Assembly: GCA_017993025.1 (NCBI GenBank)
Contig: JAGONL010000001.1
Span: 12,750 to 44,749 of the forward strand
Direction of reading: 5' to 3'
DNA length: 32,000 nt
DNA from: Candidatus Saccharimonadota bacterium
GTDB lineage: Bacteria > Patescibacteriota > Saccharimonadia > Saccharimonadales > SZUA-47
The notes under the pieces: generated by a model
Told to the model about the DNA's origin: nothing
What the model saw: only the letters and a program-made list of their open reading frames with translations
Database searches by the model: none
Shown here: one piece after another, positions 9,469-19,680 of the stretch
How positions within the stretch are numbered: the first letter of the stretch is position 1
Layout: each line of letters starts with the position of its first letter
Position numbers and translations under genes: made by a program

Positions 9469-10548
9469 ATGCACATTGAGCAAGAGTTGAAACTAGATTT
9501 CAACGATGTATTACTGCGCCCAAAACGCAGTACGCTAAACAGCCGTAAAGAAGTTAAGCTAGAACGAGAATTCAAGTTTTATCATAGTTCTAAAACTTGG
9601 TCTGGCATACCACTACTGACTGCCAATATGGCAAGTTGTGGCACTTTTGAATTAGCCCAAGTATTATCAGAAAAACAAATAATCACCACTTTTCACAAAT
9701 ATTATACTATCGATGATTACAAAAAGTTTTTTAAGAAATTCAAAAACCCAGACTATGTTACCTATACCTTGGGCATCCGTGACGAAGATCTCGCCCAAAT
9801 CCAAGCAATGGCTAAATCAGACTTACTTAAACACTTCACCTTTATTTGTATTGATATACCTAACGGGTATTTACAAAGATTCAGTAATTTTGTGCGCAAA
9901 ATCCGTAAACTATGTCCAAACCACGTAATAATTGCTGGTAATGTCGTCTCAAAAGAAATGACCGAAGAATTAATCTTAGCCGGTGCAGATATAGTAAAAG
10001 TCGGCATTGGAAGTGGTTCTGCCTGCACTACCAGACGTATGACTGGCGTAGGTATGCCACAGCTAAGTGCCGTTATAGAATGTGCTGACGCTGCTCATGG
10101 CATGTCTAGTGATAATGGTGCTTGCGGACTTATTATTTCCGACGGCGGGGCAGTAGTACCCGGCGACGTAGCTAAGGCATTTTGCGGTGGAGCAGACTTC
10201 TTAATGAGCGGGCAGATGTTTAGCGGGTTCGAAGAATCGGCCGGAGAAACCGTAGAAATCGACGGTAAAAAATACAAAGAATACTACGGCAGTTCATCTA
10301 ACAAAGCCTTACAGGTAAACTATGGCAAAAAAGAAGCTCACCGAGCCAGCGAAGGTCGTCACGTACTCATGCCACATAAAGGTTCAATCCACGATTCTAT
10401 GCAAGATTTATTTGGTGCTCTTCGAAGTACGGGTACATACATTGGCGCCCGCAAATTAAAAGAATTCTCACGACGTGCTACATTTGTGCGCGTCAACAAC
10501 CAGCTCAACACGTCATTGTCATCCTACGATACGGAAAAAAGGTCTTAA
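9469..10548 (+). CDS. guaC: GMP reductase / IMPDH-family protein
   Basis: LDFNDVLLRPKRS, VKVGIGSGSACTTRRMTGVGMPQLSA, GGAVVPGDVAKAF, GADFLMSGQMFSGFEES motifs; TATACT and a purine-rich SD upstream. Confidence 0.93.
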   Translation: MHIEQELKLDFNDVLLRPKRSTLNSRKEVKLEREFKFYHSSKTWSGIPLLTANMASCGTFELAQVLSEKQIITTFHKYYTIDDYKKFFKKFKNPDYVTYTLGIRDEDLAQIQAMAKSDLLKHFTFICIDIPNGYLQRFSNFVRKIRKLCPNHVIIAGNVVSKEMTEELILAGADIVKVGIGSGSACTTRRMTGVGMPQLSAVIECADAAHGMSSDNGACGLIISDGGAVVPGDVAKAFCGGADFLMSGQMFSGFEESAGETVEIDGKKYKEYYGSSSNKALQVNYGKKEAHRASEGRHVLMPHKGSIHDSMQDLFGALRSTGTYIGARKLKEFSRRATFVRVNNQLNTSLSSYDTEKRS

Positions 10549-10600
10549 ACATATTCATAAGCACTTTTATATTTTATAGCCGTTGATATACTAAATTATT

Positions 10601-11281
10601 ATGGGAAGAAAAAATGCAAACGCCAAAAAAGGCGGTACCAAACAACAACAAAGTAAAACAAAAGGTTCGCCTCGCAGAAGACACAGCGAACATTACGAGT
10701 ACAATGTTTTGGGGGCAGGTCCAAAACCCAACGCTGAGTCCAGACGTGCACCACAGAATCAGCGCAGGAATCCACAAGCAACAAAATCAACTTGGCCTAG
10801 CATATTCCGAATACCACTTGATGAAGACGCGCGAGCAATTAACAGTTTTTTAAGAAGTACTGGTGGAAAATACAAAAGAAATCCTTATTGGGGCATAAGA
10901 TACACGCCAGTAATGCCTTCCGGCATTGAATTAATTTATAGCAAGTTTGACCGAGAAACTGCTGATACTCTAAAGGCAGAATACCTACGAGAGCACAGTC
11001 ATCAAATACCGTATGGTGTAAATTATCTATACCAACACGTTACTAAAACAGGTCAAATACAGTTGGGGGCTGACCCTACTGAGGAAACTAGACGATTGTT
11101 AGAATGGGATATTGAAGGCCTTTGGAATATTTTTGGAATTTCAGATCCCTACCCGCATAAAGGCCTAATAATCGGGAGATATCCAACGCTAGAATTATAC
11201 AATGACGCTAACACAAAGCTAACTAATACATTACTTCGTCAAGGCGGTGTTTTACTGACTTTTGGAGGAGTTCAGCTATAA
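10601..11281 (+). CDS. Hypothetical protein A (basic N-terminus), first copy of tandem cassette
   Basis: 226-aa ORF; C-terminal region similar to 11929-12615; ends LLRQGGVLLTFGGVQL. Confidence 0.82.
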   Translation: MGRKNANAKKGGTKQQQSKTKGSPRRRHSEHYEYNVLGAGPKPNAESRRAPQNQRRNPQATKSTWPSIFRIPLDEDARAINSFLRSTGGKYKRNPYWGIRYTPVMPSGIELIYSKFDRETADTLKAEYLREHSHQIPYGVNYLYQHVTKTGQIQLGADPTEETRRLLEWDIEGLWNIFGISDPYPHKGLIIGRYPTLELYNDANTKLTNTLLRQGGVLLTFGGVQL

Positions 11282-11339
11282 TATTAAACTTAAAAATTAA
11301 TATTGTTCATATGTCTATAAGTTGATATAATATACTTTA

Positions 11340-11888
11340 ATGTCAAATTTACCTAGTCCTGAAGCCCTTAACTTCGACTCTGGACTTTATCGTCCGGCTG
11401 TCGCACACCACTACCTTGACGCCGGAATGGGCGAAGGATTAAGTAGTGGAGTTAATGAAAATGCCAGAATGCCCTTCATCTTAGACGGTAGTTTACGTGC
11501 AGCATTTAACAAGACTGTAGTCCCAGATAAATTAATAGATTCTCTCAATGATTTATGTAAAGATGCAAACAATATTTTTCCTTTCTATTGTGAATCTATA
11601 CGTCCAAAATTATCTAAAAATCGAAAATTTGTAATTCAAGCTTTGCCAAACGATGAGACCAAAGAACAAATAAGAATAACCTACGATATGGCTAACAAGG
11701 CAGCTGATGTTGCAAAAGTAGGCTTAAGAGCTCATCTACCAGGAAATATTGTGCTTGGATCGTTCGATGACCTAGATGATGCAGCAAAATTTGCTCAAAG
11801 AATTAGCGACAATTATTGCGGAGTTCGTAGCCTAGCACCTATAGTAACTTTAGGTGGACTTACCGCTAAATCCTTAATAATTCCATAA
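11340..11888 (+). CDS. Hypothetical protein B, first copy of tandem cassette
   Basis: 182-aa ORF; TTGTTC-17-TATAAT(11326-11331)-8 nt-ATG; upstream DNA conserved with 12671 gene. Confidence 0.8.
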   Translation: MSNLPSPEALNFDSGLYRPAVAHHYLDAGMGEGLSSGVNENARMPFILDGSLRAAFNKTVVPDKLIDSLNDLCKDANNIFPFYCESIRPKLSKNRKFVIQALPNDETKEQIRITYDMANKAADVAKVGLRAHLPGNIVLGSFDDLDDAAKFAQRISDNYCGVRSLAPIVTLGGLTAKSLIIP

Positions 11889-11928
11889 GCACTTTTAAAT
11901 TTTATAGCCGTTGATATACTAAATTATT

Positions 11929-12615
11929 ATGGGAAGACATAACTTAAACATCGGAGGAGAAGAAGAACCGGAACGACCGCGACCGCGACTGCACAAAAAT
12001 CATCACGGTGATTTAAGAACAAGTCATAGAAAGCCTGCTCGATATCGTTTACTAACAAGTTTACTAAACCCAGATAATTCTGCTATCCAATCTGCAGATT
12101 CACATGGCTGCAACCCTGAACCTGTGCACACAAGTGCATACCGTGCACCAATCTCAAATAAACTAGTCACTATTGAAGACTTTTTGAAAGTCACGCAGGG
12201 AAGAGCGCCAAAAAGATTTCGCTCAGGTATTAGGTACCCTTCAATAGACACAGACTACATGAGGAAAATATATAATAAATTTGATTCAGATAAAGCGGAA
12301 GAATTACTTCAAAAATATATACAACAACACGCGGGAACCATAGATTATTCTGTCGTTGAATTGGGTGATTTTCAAGAAAATAAAGGACAAATATTAATGA
12401 GAGCCAAGCCTACTGATGAAACATTAAAAGCTCTAGAACTAGATAGTACAGATTTACTCAATACTTTTGGTATTGAAGATAATTTTACGTTCACAGGATT
12501 AAATATTGGCGCATTTTTGGGTATGAAAGCATACAATGATGCAGAACGTGAACTTTGCGAAATACTTGAAAGACAGGGTGGGGTGCTTCTAACACTTGGC
12601 GGCGTCCAAATATAA
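11929..12615 (+). CDS. Hypothetical protein A', second copy of tandem cassette
   Basis: 228-aa ORF; ends LERQGGVLLTLGGVQI; upstream DNA nearly identical to that of 10601 gene. Confidence 0.82.
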   Translation: MGRHNLNIGGEEEPERPRPRLHKNHHGDLRTSHRKPARYRLLTSLLNPDNSAIQSADSHGCNPEPVHTSAYRAPISNKLVTIEDFLKVTQGRAPKRFRSGIRYPSIDTDYMRKIYNKFDSDKAEELLQKYIQQHAGTIDYSVVELGDFQENKGQILMRAKPTDETLKALELDSTDLLNTFGIEDNFTFTGLNIGAFLGMKAYNDAERELCEILERQGGVLLTLGGVQI

Positions 12616-12670
12616 CAATTCTAAATATTAATATTGCTTAATTGTCGATTTATAGTTATAGTATACTTTA

Positions 12671-13246
12671 ATGTCAAATTTTTTTACTTCTGACCAAATG
12701 CCAATTGAGCCAATTCACGGCGTAGAAACACCAGACTCAGGTTTTACCAGATATTCTATACACGCATTAATACGTCCGGCAATAGAAACAGCTTTTTTAG
12801 ACATGGCGCCTTCAGATTTTGATACTACCTCCACTTTTGGTGATTTACATATTGTTGCCGCTTTCAGAGGAACCGTGCTTCAGCTGCTGGATCGAGGACT
12901 TACTCTGGAAGACCTAGATCAAAAGTTAGATGATCTTGTTACTAAAACAGAAAACGATCGCATAAATTACTTCCCTAATGCTTTTGGTGTAAATGAAAAT
13001 AAAGGCGTGTTTACAGTACTAGCTAGTCCTGACCAGCTAACCAGAGCAAGAATTAAAGGTTCGACAAGAGGTGTGGATAGAATTATGGGCGGACAAGTAT
13101 CCCATAATGCTAAAAATTTCCCTTTAGCAAAGTTTCTCAGTAAGGAAGAAGCCGATACTTATTTTGTAAAAATTGCTAGACTTTATAACTTAGACATGAA
13201 GCCAGAAGGCATTCCGCTAGCAGTGTTCGGCGGAGTCCAACGCTAA
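12671..13246 (+). CDS. Hypothetical protein B', second copy of tandem cassette
   Basis: 191-aa ORF beginning MSNFF; TTGCTT-17-TATAGT(12657-12662)-8 nt-ATG; ends VFGGVQR. Confidence 0.8.
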   Translation: MSNFFTSDQMPIEPIHGVETPDSGFTRYSIHALIRPAIETAFLDMAPSDFDTTSTFGDLHIVAAFRGTVLQLLDRGLTLEDLDQKLDDLVTKTENDRINYFPNAFGVNENKGVFTVLASPDQLTRARIKGSTRGVDRIMGGQVSHNAKNFPLAKFLSKEEADTYFVKIARLYNLDMKPEGIPLAVFGGVQR

Positions 13247-13290
13247 ATCTACTCTTTAGTATTACCCCATAACCGAGGTACAATAGTTCT

Positions 13291-16200
13291 ATGATTGGTA
13301 GCGGAGTTACTATAAAGCTAAACCCAGCCCAGCAAACAGCTGTTGATGCAATTGACGGACCGGTGCTTGTTATTGCCGGACCAGGAACGGGCAAAACACA
13401 ATTGCTTAGCATGCGCGTTGTCAAAATCCTAGAAACCACAGACACTAGCCCGCAGAATATTTTGTGTCTGACTTTCACGAACAAGGCCGCAAACAACATG
13501 CGTGAACGGCTATTCGATTTAATCGGTCCAACCGCCTACAGCGTCGCTGTACATACTTTTCATAGTTTTGCGGCAGATATCATGAACAAAAACCCTGACC
13601 ATTTCTGGAACGGTGCTTCTTTAAGTGTCGTACCAGACGCGGTACAGCTAGAGATTATCCAAGATATTCTGGGTTCGTTGCCACTAGACAACCCCTTGGC
13701 GCGCAGATTTGCCGGCGAGTTAACTGGACTTAAAGCTACCAAAGAAGCCCTTAAACTCACCAAAGAAGCCGGCCTAACCCCAGAAAAGTTGCGAGCCATA
13801 ATTGAGCTAAACCTAGCATATATAGACATTGCCGAGCCAATTTTAGTAGAGCATTTAAGCGCTCCACTTTCTTTTAAAAAACTACAAACCCTAGCTGATT
13901 CACTAGAAGCCGATCTGCCAGAACAATCCATAGATGAACACATGGCACCGTTAATGTCACTGCGCACTGTTATTCTCAAAAGCCTAGACGACGCAATCAA
14001 TCAGGATGAACCAACCGGCAAATCAACTAATACTGGCAAATGGAAAAAACGCTTTATCCAAACCGTGGCCGGCCAAAAGCTCATGGATGATGAACGCAGG
14101 CGCAATAATTGGTGGCTGGCCCTTAGTGATGTCTACACAAAATACCGCGACTCTTTGCATGAACGGGGCTACTATGATTATGCCGACATGCTGGTCGAGG
14201 TAATCGTACAGTTAGAGAAAAACGACGAACTACGGGCTTCTGTGCAGGAGCAGTACAACTACGTACTGATTGACGAGTTTCAGGACACCAACTCTGCCCA
14301 GTTACGCCTAGCTCACCTAGTTGCCGATCATTATTCTAGTGCAGGCAAGCCAAACCTGATGGTCGTTGGTGACGACGACCAGTCAATCTACAAATTTAAC
14401 GGCGCAGAGCTCAATAATATGCTCGGATTTAGGTCGTTCTACGGCGTAGACAAGCCTATTGTACTGTCAGAGAATTATCGCTCATCGCAGGCCATTTTAG
14501 ACGTGGCAAAACTTGTTGCAGAGCAATCCACCGACCGTTTAGTCAACCGTGAAAAAGACATTACTAAAAACCTTGTTGCCACAAGAGACGCTACAAAAGG
14601 CAGTGTGATTGAGCATATTCACTACCCTTCAGAACAGCACCAGTTTAGCTCTATCGCCAGAAAGATTGACGACACGTTCAGTCCAGAAAAAACAGTTGCC
14701 GTACTAGCCCGCAATCATCAAAGTCTGCGTAATATGGCCTCACGACTCCAGGCTCTAAACGTTCCTGTGCGCTATGAACAGCAAAACGACGTGCTGGCAC
14801 ATCCGGCGGTAGAACAGGTGATAATACTTGCTCAGGCTATGGTTGCTATCGCAGAAGGCGACGAGCCAGAAGTAAACACACTGCTAGCGCATACTTTGCG
14901 TCATCCAATGTGGGGGATAGATGCAAAAATTTTATGGCAATTGGCAATAGACAATCGCTATAATGCCCACTGGCTAGATTCAATGCTAACTAGTGACGAC
15001 GAAAAGCTAAAATCCATAGCTGGTAGTATGATTGTTTTTGCCCAAACCGCCGTCAGCGAACCACTGCCACTAGTTTTAGAACAGTTACTAGGTCTCCGTG
15101 ACCATGAATCATTTCACAGCCCACTAAAAGATTATTATGTTCAAAACGCCCAGCTTTCCCAGCAGTATCTAGAAACACTTTCTGCTTTGCAACTCTTAAG
15201 GTCAATGGCTGATGAATTTTCACGTCATAGCACCGCTAAACTCACAGATTTTGTTAATTTTATAAAAGTTAACCAGGGCGGTGATTCACTAGTTAGCGAC
15301 CAGACTGTATTTTTGAGCGGGCAACACGCTGTAGAACTACTGACAGTACACAAAGCCAAAGGTCTAGAATTTGATACCGTTTATATTATCGATGCCGTCG
15401 AGAGCAACTGGAAACCAAGCACCAATGGCCGTAAACCGCCGGCCAATTTGCCACTGCAAGCATATGGCGACGACCAAGACGATTATGTCCGGTTGTTCTA
15501 CGTGGCAGTTACGCGCGCCAAGCAGTCGCTAATTGTTTCTAGCTATGCTACCGACACTTCCGGCAAAGATATTTTGCCCGCCGCCTTTGTACGGGCTAGT
15601 CTGCCAGAGCGTATAGCAAATGAAGAAATTGAAACACTGACAATCTTAGAAGAATCCAGCACCTGGCCACAGCTATCTAATGTGGACGAAAAACTGCTAC
15701 TAACACCACTGGTAGAGGACTTCAGGCTTCCGGTAACGGCAATGATAAATTTCCTAGACGTAGACGCTGGTGGACCACAATATTTCAAAGAGCGTAATCT
15801 ACTGCGCCTGCCAGAGGCAAAATCTATCAGTCAATCCTACGGTACGGCAATTCACTCAGCCCTAGAATATGCCATGATACTGACCAACCGTGGCAAATTT
15901 GACCTAGACGACATAACCACAAAGTTTGAAGACGCCCTAATCAAAGAACACGTCCCAGCGCACGAATTTGAGCGTTACCACACCCAGGGCCAACGCCTAC
16001 TTTGGACACTGTTTGAAACCAATAGATACGAACTACCTCAGGGTAGTCTATCAGAACAATCACTGAATTATATATTGCCAGGTGGCGCACAGCTGGGTGG
16101 TAAACTTGACCGCGTCGATACGCAAGATAAATCAAATCTAGTCATAGTCGACTACAAAACTGGCAATGGGCTTTCAAGCTTTTCAACCCAGAACAAAAAC

Positions 16201-16506
16201 TTGATGGTCAAAGCCTGGAAGCACAAAACACAGTTAATCTTCTACGCACTTTTAACTTCGCTTGACCCACGCTACAGTGGATTTAAGTCTACCGAATGCC
16301 AGATGGTCTATGTAGAATGCCCAGAAATCAAAGACCTAATCCGCAGTTATTTTCCATCACCAGATGAAGTAGCCCGCATGGCCACACTCGCCTCAAAAGT
16401 CTACGCTCATATTCAAAACCTAAATTTTCCAGATATATCCGGCTACCCAGAGGGAATAGACGGAATTCTACAGTTCGAACAAGACTTAATCGACGACAAA
16501 ATCTAG
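13291..16506 (+). CDS. UvrD/PcrA-family superfamily 1 helicase with C-terminal PD-(D/E)XK nuclease-like domain
   Basis: VLVIAGPGTGKTQLLSMRV, VDEFQDTNSAQ-type Walker B region (YVLIDEFQDTN), VGDDDQSIYKFNGA, TVHKAKGLEFDTVYI, GTAIHSALEY and GGKLDRVD...LVIVDYKTG. Confidence 0.93.
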   Translation: MIGSGVTIKLNPAQQTAVDAIDGPVLVIAGPGTGKTQLLSMRVVKILETTDTSPQNILCLTFTNKAANNMRERLFDLIGPTAYSVAVHTFHSFAADIMNKNPDHFWNGASLSVVPDAVQLEIIQDILGSLPLDNPLARRFAGELTGLKATKEALKLTKEAGLTPEKLRAIIELNLAYIDIAEPILVEHLSAPLSFKKLQTLADSLEADLPEQSIDEHMAPLMSLRTVILKSLDDAINQDEPTGKSTNTGKWKKRFIQTVAGQKLMDDERRRNNWWLALSDVYTKYRDSLHERGYYDYADMLVEVIVQLEKNDELRASVQEQYNYVLIDEFQDTNSAQLRLAHLVADHYSSAGKPNLMVVGDDDQSIYKFNGAELNNMLGFRSFYGVDKPIVLSENYRSSQAILDVAKLVAEQSTDRLVNREKDITKNLVATRDATKGSVIEHIHYPSEQHQFSSIARKIDDTFSPEKTVAVLARNHQSLRNMASRLQALNVPVRYEQQNDVLAHPAVEQVIILAQAMVAIAEGDEPEVNTLLAHTLRHPMWGIDAKILWQLAIDNRYNAHWLDSMLTSDDEKLKSIAGSMIVFAQTAVSEPLPLVLEQLLGLRDHESFHSPLKDYYVQNAQLSQQYLETLSALQLLRSMADEFSRHSTAKLTDFVNFIKVNQGGDSLVSDQTVFLSGQHAVELLTVHKAKGLEFDTVYIIDAVESNWKPSTNGRKPPANLPLQAYGDDQDDYVRLFYVAVTRAKQSLIVSSYATDTSGKDILPAAFVRASLPERIANEEIETLTILEESSTWPQLSNVDEKLLLTPLVEDFRLPVTAMINFLDVDAGGPQYFKERNLLRLPEAKSISQSYGTAIHSALEYAMILTNRGKFDLDDITTKFEDALIKEHVPAHEFERYHTQGQRLLWTLFETNRYELPQGSLSEQSLNYILPGGAQLGGKLDRVDTQDKSNLVIVDYKTGNGLSSFSTQNKNLMVKAWKHKTQLIFYALLTSLDPRYSGFKSTECQMVYVECPEIKDLIRSYFPSPDEVARMATLASKVYAHIQNLNFPDISGYPEGIDGILQFEQDLIDDKI

Positions 16507-16642
16507 AAACTTAGCTCCTTACGCCATGCCCAAATCTTGTACCAAATGATACAACCAATAAATTGTTGTGGATAAATCAATAATTATATTTATGTAAATT
16601 ATGCTTATGCATTATACTTCTAAGCATAAAGAGGGGCGCAAA

Positions 16643-19600
16643 ATGAAAATTAGTAGTATATTGAGGCGTTTTAAGTACGCATTAGTAAGCATAGCCTATG
16701 CAATTTCAATAATGTTAGGGCTATTTAGTCCATCAATAGCTAGTGCCGATGCGCTAATTAGCTATGGTGGTAGTAGTGTAAGTGGGGCAGTTGAATCAAT
16801 AATAGATCTACCAGGTATTACAGTTAGCGGTAGTGATCCAACAATACCAATGACAATTACTATTGATGATGGCTATCTTTATATGGACGACGTAACTGGG
16901 CTAGACTTTACCTCAGATTTAAGGGCCTCTGCATTATCGTTCAGTGGCACAGTTTCCGAAATAAATAACGCCCTTACTACTCTAAAATACCGCTCAATTA
17001 ACGCAGGCGCAAAAACACTTACTGCAACAATTGTCGGCGCCGGGGTTGTTTTCTTCCCTGAAAACGGCCATCTTTATGAAGTTGTAAATAACGGCTCATC
17101 ATTAAGTTGGGACGATTCAGTACCTCTAGCTACCGCCAGAACAATGAATGGCGCAACTGGTTATCTCGCCACCGTGACGACGCAAGCAGAAAATGATTAC
17201 CTAGTTGGACGATTGTCAGGTGATGGTTGGTTTGGCGCTTCTGATTCTGGCATTGAGGGTGACTGGAAGTGGGTTTCAGGACCAGAAACCGGCACATCTT
17301 TCTGGGCAGGCTTAGGTGACGGCGCACCAGTAGACAGTTTATTCTCAAACTGGGCAAGCGGTGAGCCTAACGATTATGATGCCGGCGAAGACTGTGCACA
17401 ATTTTACTCAAGCGGGTCAGGCTGGAACGACCTACCATGTAACGGACCATACCTAGACTACTATATTGTTGAGTACGGTGCTCCTGGTGATTTACCGACA
17501 GCCCCAGACAACGTAACTTTTACTGTTAACGTAACAGCACCAAGCGCTGATGTAGTGCCAATTTCAAGCTGTTTAGACCTTATTGATGTCGAAGACAACC
17601 CAGAAATAGACAATCGCTATGACACACTTCAGCTTACTACTAACGTAGATTGTACGGGTGAGTCACTTCTACCAATGTTCGACGATAGCGACACGGACTT
17701 TGGCAACATCGGATTTCGTGGAGAATTTGACGGCAACGGCTATACTCTAAGTAATATAGATATCAACAGCCCTATGACTGATAGTGTAGGGCTATTTGCA
17801 TCAACAAACGACGCATCTTTCACAGATCTTACAATCAGTGGTGGTGTTGTTGGCAGTTACTGTGTTGGTGGTTTAGTAGGTAGTGCAACAAACACAAGCT
17901 TCACAAATGTCACTTCAACTATTAGCGTAGAAGGTAACTCAGAAATAGGTGGAATAGTAGGTTGTTATACCGCCGAAGATAGCGACGATAATATGTTTAG
18001 TAATGTGTCAGTAACAAACACGCTGACAAACAATGATGACGATGCTATAGGTGGACTTATTGGTGATTTTGAATCTAATGACGATAGTACGACATCATTT
18101 GACGTAATTTCTGCAGATACTACTTTCGTTGCCAGCTATGGTCGTCTTGGTGGATTAATCGGTAAATTCGACTCATACGGTAATAGTTCTGTGGATATCA
18201 GTGGAGTCACAGTAGATACGATAGACGCAGATGTTTCTACTGTCGGCGGTGTCATAGGCGAAGTTGATATGGAGGATGACGCAACCCTTAACATCGAAAA
18301 TATTACCGTAACTGGATATATTTCAGGCGATAGCGAAGTGGGTGGAATCATCGGAGAACTTGACAGCGATGCAAACCAAGAAAATGCAGTTATCAGAGAC
18401 ACGCACATCGAAGCAGATATTGACGGCTACTCCAGCGTTGCCGGTTTAGTCGGAGAAGGCGACACAATGCAAATTAGAAATTCGTCATACCAAGGCACAT
18501 TAACAGCAGAGGATAGTTACGTTGGTGGAATTATCGGACAAGCAGACTATGCTCTAGTTTACAAATCCTGGACGACCGGCACACTAGATAGCCCTTCCGG
18601 CGGTTACGTTGGCGGTATCTTTGGTGAATCGTACTATTCAACCATCGACGAATCCTACAGCACAATGACCTCAGACGCATCAAGTTCAAGCTACGTCGGT
18701 GGTCTTGCTGGTTACTTATCTTATGAGAGTGAAATAAACAACTCCTACGCCAGAGGCAACCAAAGTGCTGGTAGCTACGTTGGTGGTCTTGCTGGTTACT
18801 GTGAAGAAGCGACAATTACAAACTCCTACGCAACAGGCCAAGCAAGTGCAGAAGGAGGCACAGGTGGTCTAGTTGGAGATGATAGTGACTGTACGCTCAC
18901 TAATTCATTCTGGGACACAGAAACTTCAGCCCAGGCAACAACCAACGGCGACGGAACCGGCAAAACAACTTCTGAGATGAAAAACATTGCAACTTTCACA
19001 GATACCGATACAGAGGGCTTAGACGAATCCTGGGACTTCAGCGCAGTATGGGGCATCAACTCATCACTCAACGATGGCTACCCATGTCTACGATGGCAAG
19101 ATGAAGAGTGCACAACACCTGAAATAGACGATGAAGATGGTATTAGCCCAGAAACCGAAAATTCTTCACCGAACAGTGGCGACGCCAACAATGACGGCGC
19201 CCAAGATAGCGAACAAAGCCACGTTAGTAGTTTTCTAAACCCAGTAACTGCAAAGTACTCAGTAATTCAGGTAGACTCAGCATGCACACTTTCACAAGTC
19301 TCATCTCAGCAAGAAGCATCAAATACTACTGCAGATAGTGGCTACAACTACGCAACTGGTTTAGTAAACTTTTCAGCAAACTGTGGCACTCCAGGATATA
19401 CCACCACGGCAAAAGTTATAGTCTTCGGCGTATCAGCTAGCAACTTAGTCTTACGTAAGTACAACCCAAACACCAAAGCCTATTTCACTATTACTACAGC
19501 CACTATCACAGACGTCACAATTGGCGGCCAAGCCGCAGCCTTAGCAACATACCAAATCACTGACGGTGGTTCACTAGATACAGATGGCACGGCTAACGGC

Positions 19601-19669
19601 ACAATTGTTGACCCAGTTGGACTAGCTTCGCTTGCTGTCGGTGTACCTAGCACAGGCTTCCAGCGCTAA
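16643..19669 (+). CDS. Exported surface protein with C-type-lectin-like domain and GLUG-like/beta-helix repeats
   Basis: GAGGGGC SD before ATG 16643 (track start 16601 looks too early); signal-like N-terminus; GHLYEVV...WADD-like lectin block ending GEPNDYDAGEDCAQFY...WNDLPC; repeated GGLVG/GGLAGY units. Confidence 0.88.
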   Translation: MKISSILRRFKYALVSIAYAISIMLGLFSPSIASADALISYGGSSVSGAVESIIDLPGITVSGSDPTIPMTITIDDGYLYMDDVTGLDFTSDLRASALSFSGTVSEINNALTTLKYRSINAGAKTLTATIVGAGVVFFPENGHLYEVVNNGSSLSWDDSVPLATARTMNGATGYLATVTTQAENDYLVGRLSGDGWFGASDSGIEGDWKWVSGPETGTSFWAGLGDGAPVDSLFSNWASGEPNDYDAGEDCAQFYSSGSGWNDLPCNGPYLDYYIVEYGAPGDLPTAPDNVTFTVNVTAPSADVVPISSCLDLIDVEDNPEIDNRYDTLQLTTNVDCTGESLLPMFDDSDTDFGNIGFRGEFDGNGYTLSNIDINSPMTDSVGLFASTNDASFTDLTISGGVVGSYCVGGLVGSATNTSFTNVTSTISVEGNSEIGGIVGCYTAEDSDDNMFSNVSVTNTLTNNDDDAIGGLIGDFESNDDSTTSFDVISADTTFVASYGRLGGLIGKFDSYGNSSVDISGVTVDTIDADVSTVGGVIGEVDMEDDATLNIENITVTGYISGDSEVGGIIGELDSDANQENAVIRDTHIEADIDGYSSVAGLVGEGDTMQIRNSSYQGTLTAEDSYVGGIIGQADYALVYKSWTTGTLDSPSGGYVGGIFGESYYSTIDESYSTMTSDASSSSYVGGLAGYLSYESEINNSYARGNQSAGSYVGGLAGYCEEATITNSYATGQASAEGGTGGLVGDDSDCTLTNSFWDTETSAQATTNGDGTGKTTSEMKNIATFTDTDTEGLDESWDFSAVWGINSSLNDGYPCLRWQDEECTTPEIDDEDGISPETENSSPNSGDANNDGAQDSEQSHVSSFLNPVTAKYSVIQVDSACTLSQVSSQQEASNTTADSGYNYATGLVNFSANCGTPGYTTTAKVIVFGVSASNLVLRKYNPNTKAYFTITTATITDVTIGGQAAALATYQITDGGSLDTDGTANGTIVDPVGLASLAVGVPSTGFQR

Positions 19670-19680
19670 ATTACTTGTCC

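Noticed and set aside
16601-16642. Upstream start of the surface protein
   Set aside because: It overlaps the promoter-like TATACT and palindrome, while ATG 16643 has an SD and begins a signal-like sequence
17130-19071. Several short ORFs antisense to or out of frame with the surface protein gene
   Set aside because: Located inside a long, well-supported coding frame with repeats
19640-19669. Relating the VPSTGFQR end to the GGVQR/GGVQL tails of the tandem cassette proteins
   Set aside because: Only the final residues resemble each other and the contexts differ; treated as coincidence without a proteome-wide search
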